From Lama glama (lineage: Eukaryota), in contig CM052816.1 of assembly GCA_028534125.1 (NCBI GenBank), positions 57,228,001 to 57,292,000 of the forward strand: DNA of 64,000 bases, given 5' to 3'. How positions within the stretch are numbered: position 1 is the stretch's first letter; the number at the start of each line of letters is the position of its first letter. The notes under the pieces were generated by a model, which saw only the letters and a program-made list of their open reading frames with translations, was not told the DNA's origin and searched no databases. Both the position numbers and the translations under genes were made by a program. Positions 1 through 11,617 of the stretch are shown piece by piece.

Positions 1-366
1 GAAGCCTAGACAAAATGGAAACAGTCCAGAGGTCACCCACGGTGATGGAGGTGGACGTCAGGACGAACCAGGAGAGATGGGAACGTGGATGGAGGAGGCA
101 GCCAGAGGTAAGCAAAAAGCAGCAAGGGAGCCCTCACCCTCGCCCTCAGGGAGGACAAACTCCTGAGAGAAAGAGGGGACTCGGCTTGTCTCCCAGAAAG
201 AGGGGAAAGTGAGGTCCCTAAGGAAAGGGGGAGGTCACTGGGAATAAGGTCAAGTTTTGTGAAAGGGAGGCGGGTGGCAAGAGCAACTCAACTTCCACCA
301 TCAAGGCAGCTCTGGCACTGGGGGAAAAGCGTCAGGACCCATCCAGGTGACGGTTCCTTTAAGTGC

Positions 367-429
367 AGGGCTCCTGGAGGTTGTGGGACTGGGATTGACT
401 TTATGATGTGCATGAGTTTGGTGGGTCAT
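367..429 (-). pseudogene. COX3: mt COX3 5' fragment (left NUMT edge)
   Basis: Minus strand ATGACCCACCAAACTCATGCACATCAT...CAGGAGCCCT directly follows the ATP6 end; recognisable homology stops near 367. Confidence 0.8.
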
Positions 430-1209
430 TAAGTGTTAGCATGCAAGTAGAAGTTTACTTCAATTAAAGCTATTGGGAATTCAAGAATAGCAATTAAGAT
501 TAAAATATTAAATGTGATAAAAGCCATAGTAGGGCTAATGCTTATTAAAGCTAAGTTTGCGCCTTCAGTTAAATGAATTAATAAGTGTTCAGCAGTAGTG
601 CTGGCTGTGAGTTGTACAGCTGAGGCTATTGGTTTCAGTAATTTGCTAATATAGGAATAAGTGGGGTGTGTGTCCGTTGGAGCAGGAAATGGGCTCTAAA
701 GATGCTCTTGTTTTGTGGGGGAAGCCAGTGATTACTGTTCCTGCTCATAAGGGAATGGCAATTCCTAGCTTTATCGCGAGCTGTGTAGCAGGTGTCAGTT
801 AAGGTGGTAGAAAGCCTCGTAGGTTTGTTGAATCGATAAATAAGTGATACGAGTACTAAGGATTTCCTTTACCTGCGTGATTATGCTTAATGGCTCACCA
901 AATTCATGCGTATCATGTAGTAAATCCCAGTCCCTGCCCACTTCAGGAGCCCTGCGCTTACGAGAACCCTTAACGCGGAAGGGTCCTGGCACTTTTCCCC
1001 CAGTACGAGTGCCGCCTTGATGGCAAAAGTTGAGCTGCTTCAAATGGTCATCATTTGTTTTGATGTAAGTTGAATTTGTCATCATTGGATAGAAATTAAG
1101 TGGTTATTAATTAGTCCATTAGGTATGGGAAATAAAACACTTGGAAAAATACTAGAATAACAACAGATTATTATGTTTTGGATAGTGAAAGAGGTGAATA
1201 CGTCTTTAT
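430..1209 (-). pseudogene. ATP6: mt ATP6 pseudogene, interrupted at ~866-1039
   Basis: Minus strand encodes ATP6-like TPATQL..LGIAIPL(W)AGTVITGF..KT.ASL; broken by indels. Confidence 0.9.
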
Positions 1210-1363
1210 TTTGTTTCTCAAAGGGTGTAATGTTTTGGCACTTTAATTGTTTTTAGTTCTGAGTTGAAAGATAAGAATGTTTTGCAACTTTAAGCTGAAA
1301 TATAATCAACAGTACTATAATTATAATAGTAATGAATCATGTTAATGTATCTAATTGAGGCAT
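1167..1363 (-). pseudogene. ATP8: mt ATP8 pseudogene
   Basis: ATGCCTCAATTAGATACA (MPQLDT) starting at 1363 on the minus strand. Confidence 0.9.
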
Positions 1364-1364
1364 A

Positions 1365-1398
1365 TCCTTAAGGAAAGGTTGAACTCTCAGTCTTTTTA
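1365..1398 (-). pseudogene. mt tRNA-Lys 3' half remnant
   Basis: AAAGACTGAGAGTTCAACCTTTCCTTAAGGA immediately upstream of the ATP8 start. Confidence 0.65.
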
Positions 1399-1402
1399 AA
1401 AA

Positions 1403-2854
1403 TTAGTTATTAATTCCACTATCGATATTCCTTGTTTAGATGCAAAGTCTTGTCAAATGATAAAAATCACTGGTATTACTCCTGTTAATGAAATGGTGAA
1501 TGTATGTATGAATGAGATAGTGTTTCATGTTGTGTATGCTTCTGGACAGTCAGAGTAACATTCTGGTATTCCTGAAAGGCCAAGAAAATACTGCAAAAAG
1601 AGATTAATGTTTATAAATATAAATGTTTACAAATGTGAAGTGAATCTTTGCTCAGGTTGAGTCCATAGCCTAAAAATAATGGAAGTCAGTGGACAAACCC
1701 TCTTATAATGGCGAATACTGCTCCAGTGATAAGACGTAGTGACCAAAGTGCGCTGCTGCATAGTATGGATCGTGAAAATCTATGAGGACGAATTAGCTAG
1801 GACAATTCCTGTTAGACCGCCTCCTGTGCATAAGAAAATAAAACCTAAGGCTCATAATATGGCTGGTGATCATTTAATATCGCCTCCATGGAAGGTTGCT
1901 AGTTAACTAAATAAATACTTCCACTCCTACAGGGATGGCAACAATTAGAGTAACTGACGTAAAATACACTTACATCAACATCTACTACTGTGAACATGTG
2001 TTGAGCTCATTTGATAAAGCCTAGGAAGCCAATAGATATTATGGCTCAGACTATTCCCAAATACCCCATAGGTTGTTTTTTTCCTGAATAATGTATGACA
2101 ATATGTGAAATTATCTCAAAGCCAGATAAAATAAGAATATGAAAACCTGGGTGGCCAAAGAATCAGAATAGATGTTGATACAAAATTGGATCGCTGCCTC
2201 CTGCAGTATCGAAGAAAGATTAATAGATCGTGGTCTATTAACAATATAGTCATTCTGGCGGCTGGAACTGGAAGTCACAGTCGTATGGCCAGAATGAGGA
2301 TGGATCCAACAAACAGTGGTTGGATACTGAGATATAGCTGGAGGTTTGACGTTAATAATTGTGGTAATAAAATTAATAGCACCTAGAATTGAGTATACAC
2401 CCGCTCAATGTAGGAGAAAAATGGATAGGTCAACAGAAGCTCCCGCATAGGCTAGATTGCCAGTGAAACGTAAGATAGACTGTTTAGTCTGTCCCAGCAC
2501 CTACTTCAATTATTGATGACACAAGTAGGAGTAGAAATGATGGTGGAAGATGTCAAAAACTTAAATTATTTACTTGGGGGAAGGTTGTATCAGGTCCTCC
2601 AATTATGAGTGGAACCAGTCAGTTTCTGAATCCTCCAGTTACCATAAATGTAACTATGAAAAATTATTACAAACGCATGGGTGGTACAACTGCACTGTAG
2701 ATGTGAGAGTCTTCTAGTAAAGCTCCAGACCTAGTTCAGCAGGATTAAAAGGCTTAAGGCAGAACCTTCTGTTCTGGCACAGGCATCAAAAAACAGATGC
2801 TAAGTATCCATAAGATTTATGGTTTGTGGAGAATAATTAGCAGTTTATGAACAT
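1403..2854 (-). pseudogene. COX1: mt COX1 pseudogene, 3'-truncated
   Basis: ATGTTC start at 2854; FLGLSGMP..YSD.PEAYTTWNTIS and QHLFWFFGHP-like motifs; many lesions. Confidence 0.95.
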
Positions 2855-3234
2855 AGTAAAATGGCTGAGCAAGCATTGGACTGTAAATCTAAAGACAGAG
2901 GTTGAGCCCTCTTTTTGCCAAGCCCTGTGGTGAGTAACATACTGAATTGCAAATTCAGAGAAGCAGCTTCAATTCTGCCTGGCTTCTCCCCTGTTTCTCC
3001 CCTGAATGGAGGGAGAAGTAGACGGAAGCCAGTTGACTAGGGTATGGAGCTGTTAACTCAAATTCTGTGGCAGGAAATCCCACCAAATCTGGTGAGGATT
3101 TAGTTTAATGTAAATGTTTGATTTGCATTCAACTGATGTAGGATAAACTCTTGGAATCCTCATCTTCAGGAATTAAGTAAATAATACTTGCTTAGGGCTT
3201 TGAAGGCTCTTGGTCTGTGATACCCTAAATTCCA
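2855..3234. pseudogene. mt WANCY tRNA cluster with OL: Tyr ~2855-2920(+), Cys ~2921-2985(+), OL ~2983-3018, Asn ~3019-3091(+), Ala ~3094-3162(+), Trp ~3167-3234(-)
   Basis: Anticodon loops CTGTAAA (Tyr), TTGCAAA (Cys), CTGTTAA (Asn), TTTGCAT (Ala), CTTCAAA (Trp, minus); CTTCTCCC...GGGAGAAG OL stem. Confidence 0.9.
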
Positions 3235-4170
3235 AGTCCAGTACTGATAATACTGATGTTAGGGAAAGAAATAATGTTGATATTACAATTAGTGGTGGTA
3301 ACAGTATTATTCATTTCATGTTTTCATATTGCTGTTTTATTTTCATGTTATATATACAGAGAAATGTAGATTGAATAGCACTATGATCGCTATTAATGTT
3401 GGTAAAATACTATTTTTTGTTATTTCTTGAGTAATCATTCATTTAGGTAAAAACCTGAAAGTGGCAGGAGGCCTCTTAATGATAATAAACAGTGAGAATA
3501 AATCTAGCAGTTAAGGGTGTTTAGTTCATAAATTAGGAGAGTGATAGTGCTGTGGTGGATGGATTGTATATAAATAATATAAATGTCGTAAGTGTTATTA
3601 TGATACAAGCATAGGATTATTATAGTTGGATTGTGAATGACAGTAGCTGTTATTCAACCTATGTGACCAGTTGATGAGTGAACTATGATTTTTTCATAGT
3701 TGGGTGTGGCTGAGTCTTCTTCATCCTCCTAGTATGATTGATAAAATAGCTATAATTAGTAACATGTTTCGGTTAAAGAATGATGAAATTTGATATAAAA
3801 CTGATAGTGGTACAAGTTTCTGTCATGCTAATAAAATCAGGACAGATGTTAGTGGAGATTCAGGCACTCAAAAATGGAATGGAGAAAGTCCAAGTTTTAT
3901 GACTAGGGCTATTATGATAATGGATGCTGTTGGAGTAAACATTTTGGTAATTATTGGCCAGAATATATTAGATTAACAATAATAGCTGTTGTAAGAAGTA
4001 CAGATGTGGTGGCTTGTGTCAGAAAACATTTAGTGGATGCTTCTTTGGCTTGCAGGTTGAATTTTTTATTAAAATTAGAATAATAGCTAGTATGTTTATT
4101 TCAAAGCCAATTCAGGTTATTAATCAGTGTGACCTTATTGTAACAATTATAATTTCTAAAATCCCCTTAT
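3235..4170 (-). pseudogene. ND2: mt ND2 pseudogene
   Basis: Lies between tRNA-Trp and tRNA-Met; WIGFEMNMLA and EASTK.FLTQAT motifs on the minus strand. Confidence 0.9.
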
Positions 4171-4174
4171 TGTT

Positions 4175-4385
4175 ACTATAGGAAGGATATAAACCAGCAT
4201 TTTCAGGGTGTGAGCCTGATAGCTTATTTTGCTGACCTTACTATAGAATATGGTATAATATGGTAGCATAGAAAGCTTTGAATTCTTAGGGGTAGATTCA
4301 ATTCCTATAATACTAGAAATAGGAGGATTTAAACCTCCATAATTTACTCTATCGAAGTAATAACTCTTTTGTCAGACATGTTTCT
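4175..4385. pseudogene. mt IQM tRNA cluster: Met ~4175-4242(-), Gln ~4244-4316(+), Ile ~4314-4385(-)
   Basis: AGTAAGGTCAGC..AAGCTATC (Met), TAGAATATGGT..TTTGAATTC (Gln), AGAAACATGTCTGACAAAAGAGTTA (Ile). Confidence 0.88.
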
Positions 4386-5357
4386 TTGTTTGGTGAAATA
4401 CTTTATATCATGTTGGGTAATGATAGAAGTCGTTTTCAAAGAGCTAGTGTTAGTAGTGGGAAATTTTTTTGTAGATGTATAAGCTGGTCATATTGGAACT
4501 CTCGATAGGATGAATTCACAGGAATAAATGGTTAGGAAAAGGGTTTTGACAATAAAATTGAGTATAGTTCTGGTAAGTAAGGGTTGTGAAATGCTCCTAG
4601 CAATAGAACTGTTGTTAAAAAAAAAAAAAGAAACATTTATTGTAATAATGTTAGCATATTCAGCTAGGAAGAATAGGGCAAATGGGCCTGCTGCATGTTT
4701 TTCAGTGCTTCAACACTGAAGCCTGAAAAACAAGTTCTGATTCTCCTTCTGTCAGGTTGAATGGAGCTTGGTTAGTTTCTGCTAGGATTGAAATAAATCA
4801 TATTATGGCCCATGGCCAAGATGGAAAAATTAGTTATAAATATTCTTGAGAATATTTATTTAATGTTGAGGGTGTAAATGATCCATTAATTAATAGGACT
4901 TAGAATGATTGCTAGTGTTACTTAATATGAAACTGTTTGTGCTACTGCTCATAGGAACCCACTTAATTTTTGAATTTTGAATCTGAATTTTGAATGAGGT
5001 TCATCCTGACCAGACAATAGAATATACAGCTAGGCTTGAGACAGCTAATGTAGTCTGTCTAGGTTTATGTTGATTAATGGGTATGGCATGGGTAATGGAA
5101 TTCATATTTTTAGGGCCAAAGTAAGGGCTAGGATTGATGCAATAATACAGATATTGATGGTGTTAACGGTCATAATGGTACTTTAATAAATAGGTGGACA
5201 GCATTGGCAATGTGTTGGAGCAGGCCATCAGGTCCAACAATGTCTGATCCTTTATGGAGTTGTATATAGCCCAGTACATTTCATTGGCTTAGTATAAGGA
5301 ATTATTATAGCAATTGGAATGAGATTAATTAATGAAAGAAGGTTAATTGTATTAACC
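4386..5357 (-). pseudogene. ND1: mt ND1 pseudogene
   Basis: LGYMQL.KG..IVGP and ETNQAPFNLTEGESEL-like motifs on the minus strand. Confidence 0.92.
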
Positions 5358-5361
5358 AAAC

Positions 5362-5437
5362 TGTTAAGGAGAGGAGTTAAACCTCTGACTATAAACGTGT
5401 AAATTGTATGCCAAGTACCAGGCTCTGCCACCCTAAC
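5362..5437 (-). pseudogene. mt tRNA-Leu(UUR) pseudogene
   Basis: GTTAGGGTGGCAGAGCCTGGTA...CTCTCCTTAACA on the minus strand. Confidence 0.85.
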
Positions 5438-6140
5438 AAACCCTGTTTAAAGGGACTTTTGTAAAGTAGGTCTTATTTCTCTTGTACTTTCATTCTGGTA
5501 GAAATATGAAATGTATTGAAAGCAATCTGGATTACTCTGGTCTGAACTCAGATCACATAGGACTTTAATTGTTGAACAAACAAACCATTAATAGTGGTTA
5601 CACCTTTGGGATGTTCTGATCTAATGAGGTTATAAAGCCTGTTTGTGTGAACTCTAGAATAGGATCGTGCTGTTCTACCTAGGATAACTTGTTCTGCTGA
5701 TCAAGTTATAGTATCATTAAGTGATCAAATATTTTGACTAGTTGTCTAGGTTTTAATCATGTGTTTTATTCTTTGAGGTTACCCCAACCAAAATTTTAGT
5801 CCATTTAAAGTTTTGTTATCCCTTGGTTTTGTAAATTTGGGGTTATTGGGAGTTTTGTTTTTGTTTTTTTACTAAAGCTCCGTAGGTTCTCCTCTTACCC
5901 TGTCATTACCGCCTCTTCACAGGAAGGTCAGTTTCTCTAATTAAGAGAGAATGAAACACTCATGTGACCATTCATACAAGTCCTCATTTAAAGAACAAAT
6001 GATTTGCTACCTTTGCATAGTCAGGATACCACAGCTGGCTACTAAACATTTGTCAATGCCTCTAATACTAGAAATGCTAGAGGTGATAATTTCGTCAAAC
6101 AGGCAAGGTTTGTGTTTGCTGACTTCCTTTTACTTAAAAT

Positions 6141-8682
6141 AATTTGTTTTTATTGAAGTATAGTCGGTTTACAATGTTGTATTCATTTCTGGTGTACAGC
6201 GTGGTGATTCAGTTATATATATATGTAAATATTCCTTTTCATATTCATTATAGGCTATTACATGGTATTGAATATAATTCCCTGTGCTATATGGTAGGAC
6301 CTTGCTGTTTATCTATTTTACATGTAGTAGTTAGTATCTGCAAATCCAGAACTCCCAGTTTATCCCTCCACCCACTCCTTTCCTCTCAATAACCACAATT
6401 TTGTTTCCTATGTCCGTATCTGTTTTGTAAGTAAGTTCATTTGTGTTATTTTTTTAGATTCCACATATAAGTGATATCATATGGTATTTTTCTTTCTCTT
6501 TTTGGCTTAGTTCACTTAGAATGACAATCTCCAGGTCTATCCATGTTGTTGCAAATGGCAACATGGCAATATTCTTTTTCATAGCTGAGTAGTATTCCAT
6601 CGTGTGTATATATAGCATGTATTCTTTATCAAGTCATATGTTGATGGACACTGTTTTGATTAATGTAGCTCTGTAGTATTGTCTGAAGTCTGGGAGGGTT
6701 ATTCCTCCAGCATTGTTCTTTTTCTTCAGTATTGCTTTGGCAATTCTGGGTCTTTTGTGATTCCGTGTAAATTTTGGGATTATTTGTTCTTGTTCTGTGA
6801 AAAATGTCCTGGGTAATTTGATAGGGATAGCATTAAATCTGTAGATTATTTTAAGTAGTATGGCCATTTTTAACAATATTAATTCTTCCAGTCCAAGAGC
6901 ATGGGATATCTTCCCATTTCTTTATTTTTTTTATTGAGGTATAGTCAGTTTACAATGTTGTGTCACTTGCTGGTGTACAGCACAATTCTTCAGTCATACA
7001 TGAATATACATATATTCATTTTCATATTTTTTCACCATGTGCTACTACAAGATACTGAATATATTTCCCTGTGCTATACAGTATAAACTTGTTTATCTAT
7101 TTTATATATACCAGTCAGTATCTGCAAATCTTGAACTTCCAGTTTATCCCTTCCTCCCTCCTCCATTTCTTTAAATCATCTTTAATTTCCTTAACCAGTG
7201 TTTTGTAGTTGTCAGCATATAAGTCTTTCACCTCCTTGGTCAGGTTTATTCCTAAGTATTTTATTTTTTTAATGTGATTTTAAAAGATTGTTTCTTAACT
7301 TTTTTTTTCTGATATTTAATTATTAGTGCAAAGAAATGGAACTTATTTCTGTATGTTAATCTTGTATCCTGTTACCTTGCCAAATTCTTTTATCAGCTCT
7401 AGTAGTTTTTGTTTGGAGCCTTTAGGGTTTTCTATATGTAGTATCATGTCATCTGTATGTAGTGACAGTTTTACCTCTTATCTTCCAATTTGGATTCCTT
7501 TTATTTCTTTTTCTTATCTTATGGCTAGGACTTCCAATACTATTTTGAATAAAGGTGGTGAGATTAGGCATCCTTGTCTTGTTCCAGATTTTAGTGGGAA
7601 GGCTTTCAACTTTCCACCTTTGAGTATTACGTTGACTATGGATTTGTCATAAATAGCTTTTATTATGCTGACATATGTTCCCCTTATACACATTTTGGTG
7701 AGTTTTTATTGTGAATGGATGTTGAATTTTATCAAATGCTTTTTCTGCATCTATTGAGATGACCATGTGATTTTTGTCCTTTCTTCTGCTGATGTGGTGT
7801 ATCACATTGATTGATTTGCATATGTTGAACCATCCTTGTGTCCCTGGGATGACTCCAACTTGATCGTAGTGTATATATCTGACTTGATCATAATGGTATA
7901 ATCTTTTTTATGTATTGTTGGATTCAGTTTGTTAACATTTTATTGACAATTTTTGCATTTATGTTTATCAAAGATATTGGCCTGTAATTTTCTTTGTTGG
8001 TAGTGTCTGTCTGGTTTTGTTATCAGGGTGATGGTGGCTTCACAGAATTAGTTTGGGAGTATTCCCTCCTCTTCAATCTTTTGGAAGTTTGAGAAGGATT
8101 GGTATAAATTCTTCTTTGTATGTTTGGTAGAATTCCCCAGTGAAGCTTTCTAGTCTTGGACTTTTGTTTGTAGGACGTTTTTTCATTACTGATTCTATTT
8201 CACTTCTAGTGATTGGTCTGTTCAAATTACCTATTTCTTCTTGATTCAGTTTTAGTGGACTGTATGTTTCTAGAAACTTGTCCATTTCTTCTAGGTTGTC
8301 CAATTTATTGCTATATAGTTGTTCATAGTATTCTCTTAGGGTTTTTTAGTATTAACTGTGGTGTTGGATATAATTTTGTCTCTTTCATTTCCTGTTTTGT
8401 TTATTTGTGTCCTCTCTTCTTGGTGAGCCTGAGCAGAGATTTGTCCATTTTGTTTACTCTTTCAAAAAACCAGCTCTTTGTTCGATTCATTTTTTTTAAT
8501 CTCTGTTTTATTTACTTCCTCACTGATATTATTTCTTTTCTGCTGCTGTCTTTAAATTTTGTTTGTTGTTCTTTTTCTAAGTCTTTTATGTAATAAGTTA
8601 GGTTGTTTGAGATTGTTCTTGTTTTTTGTGGAAGGCCTGTGTTGCTGTGGACTTCCCTATGAGGACTGCTTTTGCTACATCC
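6141..8682 (-). mobile_element. 5'-truncated L1 (3'UTR plus ORF2 remnants, internal deletion near 6650) inserted in the 16S pseudogene
   Basis: 15-bp TSD CCTTTTACTTAAAAT at 6126-6140 and 8683-8697; ORF2 peptides [12 protein letters not shown] and [13 protein letters not shown]. Confidence 0.95.
6925..7162 (-). mobile_element. Short L1 3'-end insertion nested in the larger L1
   Basis: Poly-T tail at ~6925; 11-bp TSD CCATTTCTTTA at 6914-6924 and 7163-7173. Confidence 0.88.
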
Positions 8683-9461
8683 CCTTTTACTTAAAATCTT
8701 TTCTTAAGTGCACACCTGTGTTGGTTAAACAATTGGCTTAATAAATAATTATTAGATTAAATTTATATTAACTACCAGTGATTATCTATTCTGATATAAT
8801 CTTAGGTGTGGAGAAATAATTCTTATTACTCATATTAACAGTATTCCTCTATTAATTAACAGATTGATCCAGTATTAAGGTAGGAGTTCGTTTTTGTTAG
8901 TGGAATTAAGGTAAGTAAACTGTTGAGCTTGAATGCTTTCTTAATTTTTTTAGGGCAACTATGATATTATTAATATATTAATAACTATGACATTATTAAT
9001 ATACTAACTTTCTTATAAGGAAGTCTGTATCCTGCATGTAAAGGGTGTACCTCTTTAGATTAATATTTAAATTTAGGTTAGAATTATTTTTTAGGTAAAG
9101 TTGAACCAAAATTCTGTACTAGACAGCCAGCCATTGCCAGGCTCATTAGGCTTTTCACCTCTGTCCACAAATCTCATAGTTTTGCTACTTAGATAAATTT
9201 GTTCTTTAGAACCTGTTCATAGGTTTCATCTGGTTTGGGGGCCATTTAACATCTCTTTCCTAAATTGTTCCAGTTAATCATTATGGAGAAGTAAAGGTGT
9301 AAACTTTGCTATTTAATACTTGAAATATTTCTTTCACCATTCTCTTGTGGTAGTTTCTCTATAGCACTAATGAAAATTGATCTCTATCTCCTATGCTTTA
9401 ATTTTTAAATATTTAATTTATATACTGTCATTGAGCTTGATTAGTTTGGGCTAGCTCTGGT

Positions 9462-9525
9462 TCACAGTGGTCATTTAAGATGAAATCTCATGCATGTAAA
9501 CTGGAGTCTCTTAAGCTGCACTTTG
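9462..9525 (-). pseudogene. mt tRNA-Val pseudogene
   Basis: CAAAGTGCAGCTTAA...TTTACA..AGATTTCA between 12S and 16S. Confidence 0.8.
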
Positions 9526-10437
9526 ATCTGCCCATGCACTCTTCCCAGCGTGCTTACCTTGTGACTGGCCTGTCTCCTCTTACGTGTTAAATAGTTGTAA
9601 GTTGTATATGTAGGTTTTGATATTTGAGGAGGGTGACCATCTGTGTGTGTGTGCTTCATGGCCTAATTCAGTTCAGCTATTTTTTAATACACTACTAAAT
9701 CTTCTTAGTTTTTAATAACTTTTGTGTAAGTTTTAATATTCTTTAAGTAGAAAACGTAGCCCATTTTGTTCCACCCCATAACCTACACCTTGAACTAATA
9801 GTTTTACGTGGTTGTTTGTGCTTTCCATGGTTGCTTTTTAGGCTTTGCTGAAGATGGCGATAGTCTGTATTAGCAAGGGTGGGTGAGGTTTATCGGGGTT
9901 TATAGATTATAGAAAAAGCTCCTCTAGAGGGATAGAAAACCCCACCAAGTTTTTTGAGTTTTAGGCCATTGCTAGTGGTACTCTGGAAAATAGTTTTGTT
10001 ATAATTATTTGGGTTTAGGGCTATTAGTGGAGTATTGGATCCCAGTTTTGAGTCTTCGTTATCATGTAATCAGGAATATTGAAGTCATTTTCGTAGTTTG
10101 TTTTTATTTTAGTTGCAACTTGTTACAGCCTAATTAAAACTTAATTATGAGCATCTTTAACACTCTTTTCACTGAAAATTTTGTTAATTTGGGTTAATCA
10201 TATGACCTTGGTGGCTGGTATGGCATTTACGTAGTAAAAACTTAAACTTTTGTTTATGGCTTAATTTTTCTGTTGTTTTCCTGTGGCATGTGGTTAATCT
10301 GGGCATCATGAGCTTGTTAGTGTGCTTGCTGCCTGCTCCTTTTAATCATTGGTGATCTAGAGAGCTTTCTCACTGGGGTGTAGAATAATTGCACGTGTAA
10401 TGTAAGAATTAATAATAAGACTGTGACCAAACCTATG
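9526..10437 (-). pseudogene. mt 12S rRNA pseudogene
   Basis: ATAGGTTTGGTC start, AAACTGGGAT, GAGGAGCTTTTTCTATAATC, CAAGGTAAGCAC segments on the minus strand. Confidence 0.93.
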
Positions 10438-10506
10438 TGTTTATGGAGTTACTAAACTACTCCAGGCATTTTTAGTGCTTTGCTTTACTTACTAAGCTAT
10501 AGTAAC
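10438..10506 (-). pseudogene. mt tRNA-Phe pseudogene
   Basis: GTTACTATAGCTTAG..AAAGCAAAGCACTAAAAATGCCTGGA...CTCCATAAACA. Confidence 0.85.
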
Positions 10507-11617
10507 AAATTAGATACAGGGAGATCCCTGTCCATCAAAGTCTTGTGAATTTAAGTAGCATGCTAGTATTAGTGGAAGTATCTTAAATTACTGGGGAGTG
10601 AGTTTTTGTATTCCATAGGTTTAAAGTTAGAATTTTGGGTGTTTGAAATTTTCATTTAGTTAATAAGGATCTTGACTGAAACATGTCTTCATTTATGATT
10701 TAGAGATTTAATTTATTATAGAATGGGGGAAAGCAGGCTTTTATGTCCTGTAATATTTTAATCTTGTTTTGAGAATTTGTCAAGATTGGTAATGTATACA
10801 ATTTGAGGTCTACAGGAGCTAAGGGGAGTTTGCTGAGCTAATTTTTATTGGCTATGTGCACATACACATATCAATTTTCTTATGTACTGTAAACACTAAC
10901 AACTTAGGGTTGTTGATGTTGGAAAATAATATTCAATATAGGCTTAGCTACAAGTTGCTTAACTGTATTAAAGCCTTAGATGGCCATAGTTCAGTCACAG
11001 CATGCCCCCAAATTAAAAAATACCAAATATATGACAACATAGTTATGTGTGCACATGGGCCGATTAGTTCATCAAAACGTCTTATTTAAGAGGAAAGATA
11101 AGGAGATTTTTAGGGGAGATGATCCTGAAGAACCAGATGCCAGATATAGTTCACTTCTAGAAACCACCACATGTTCTGGGCCCAAAGCAAGAAGAGGGGC
11201 ATGTTTGGGGATGAGCTGCTGCTTTCTCAAAGTTTGGGTGTTAAGGAAGTCGTTGGTCATAAGCGTGGTGACTAGAGTTGATTTGACTTAATGGGATATG
11301 AACAATTAATATGTTCTATGTAGTATCAGTCATATCTCTTGGTTTATGAATTATCCATGTGGAAGAGAATTTTATGTATGATAAACCACTCTGTGTATTA
11401 TTTAATATTCATAGTTTGCATTTACACAGATGGGATAAACAATGTATGATTACATACGTATAGAATGTATCATGTACAATCAAGTATATATATATATAAT
11501 GATACATTGTAACAGGGCAGATCATTTAATATACAAAGTACACAGCAATGGAATCATCTAGAATTTTTAAATACTGACATAGCCCATGACAATATTTTAC
11601 TGTTTATGTGCAACTTG
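10507..11617 (-). other. Fossil mitochondrial control region with central conserved domain and CSB1/2/3-like blocks
   Basis: Central domain CTCTTAAATAAGAC..., CACATAACT..GTCAT..TTTGGTATTTTT; CSB3-like 10762-10783, CSB2-like 10815-10831, CSB1-like ~10880-10900; TACAT motifs near 11450-11510. Confidence 0.88.

Larger units (their letters stand above)
5438..9461 (-). pseudogene. mt 16S rRNA pseudogene split by L1 (parts ~5438-6140 and ~8683-9461)
   Basis: Conserved 16S segments (GTGATCTGAGTTCAGACC, TTTGTTCAACAATTAAAGTCCTA) in the left part; 16S-like sequence resumes after the L1 and runs to tRNA-Val. Confidence 0.93.

Noticed and set aside
15..1085. ORFs 15-212 and 795-1085 as novel genes
   Set aside because: Short, no recognisable product; the second is a chance frame across the ATP6 remnant and the inverted insert
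5903..5971. Humanin-like ORF in the 16S copy
   Set aside because: Minus strand reads ATG GTC ACA TGA, a stop at codon 4, and has a deletion
8958..9007. Short tandem duplications in the NUMT (also ~4963-4995)
   Set aside because: Ordinary slippage in neutral sequence; not CRISPR-like or otherwise structured
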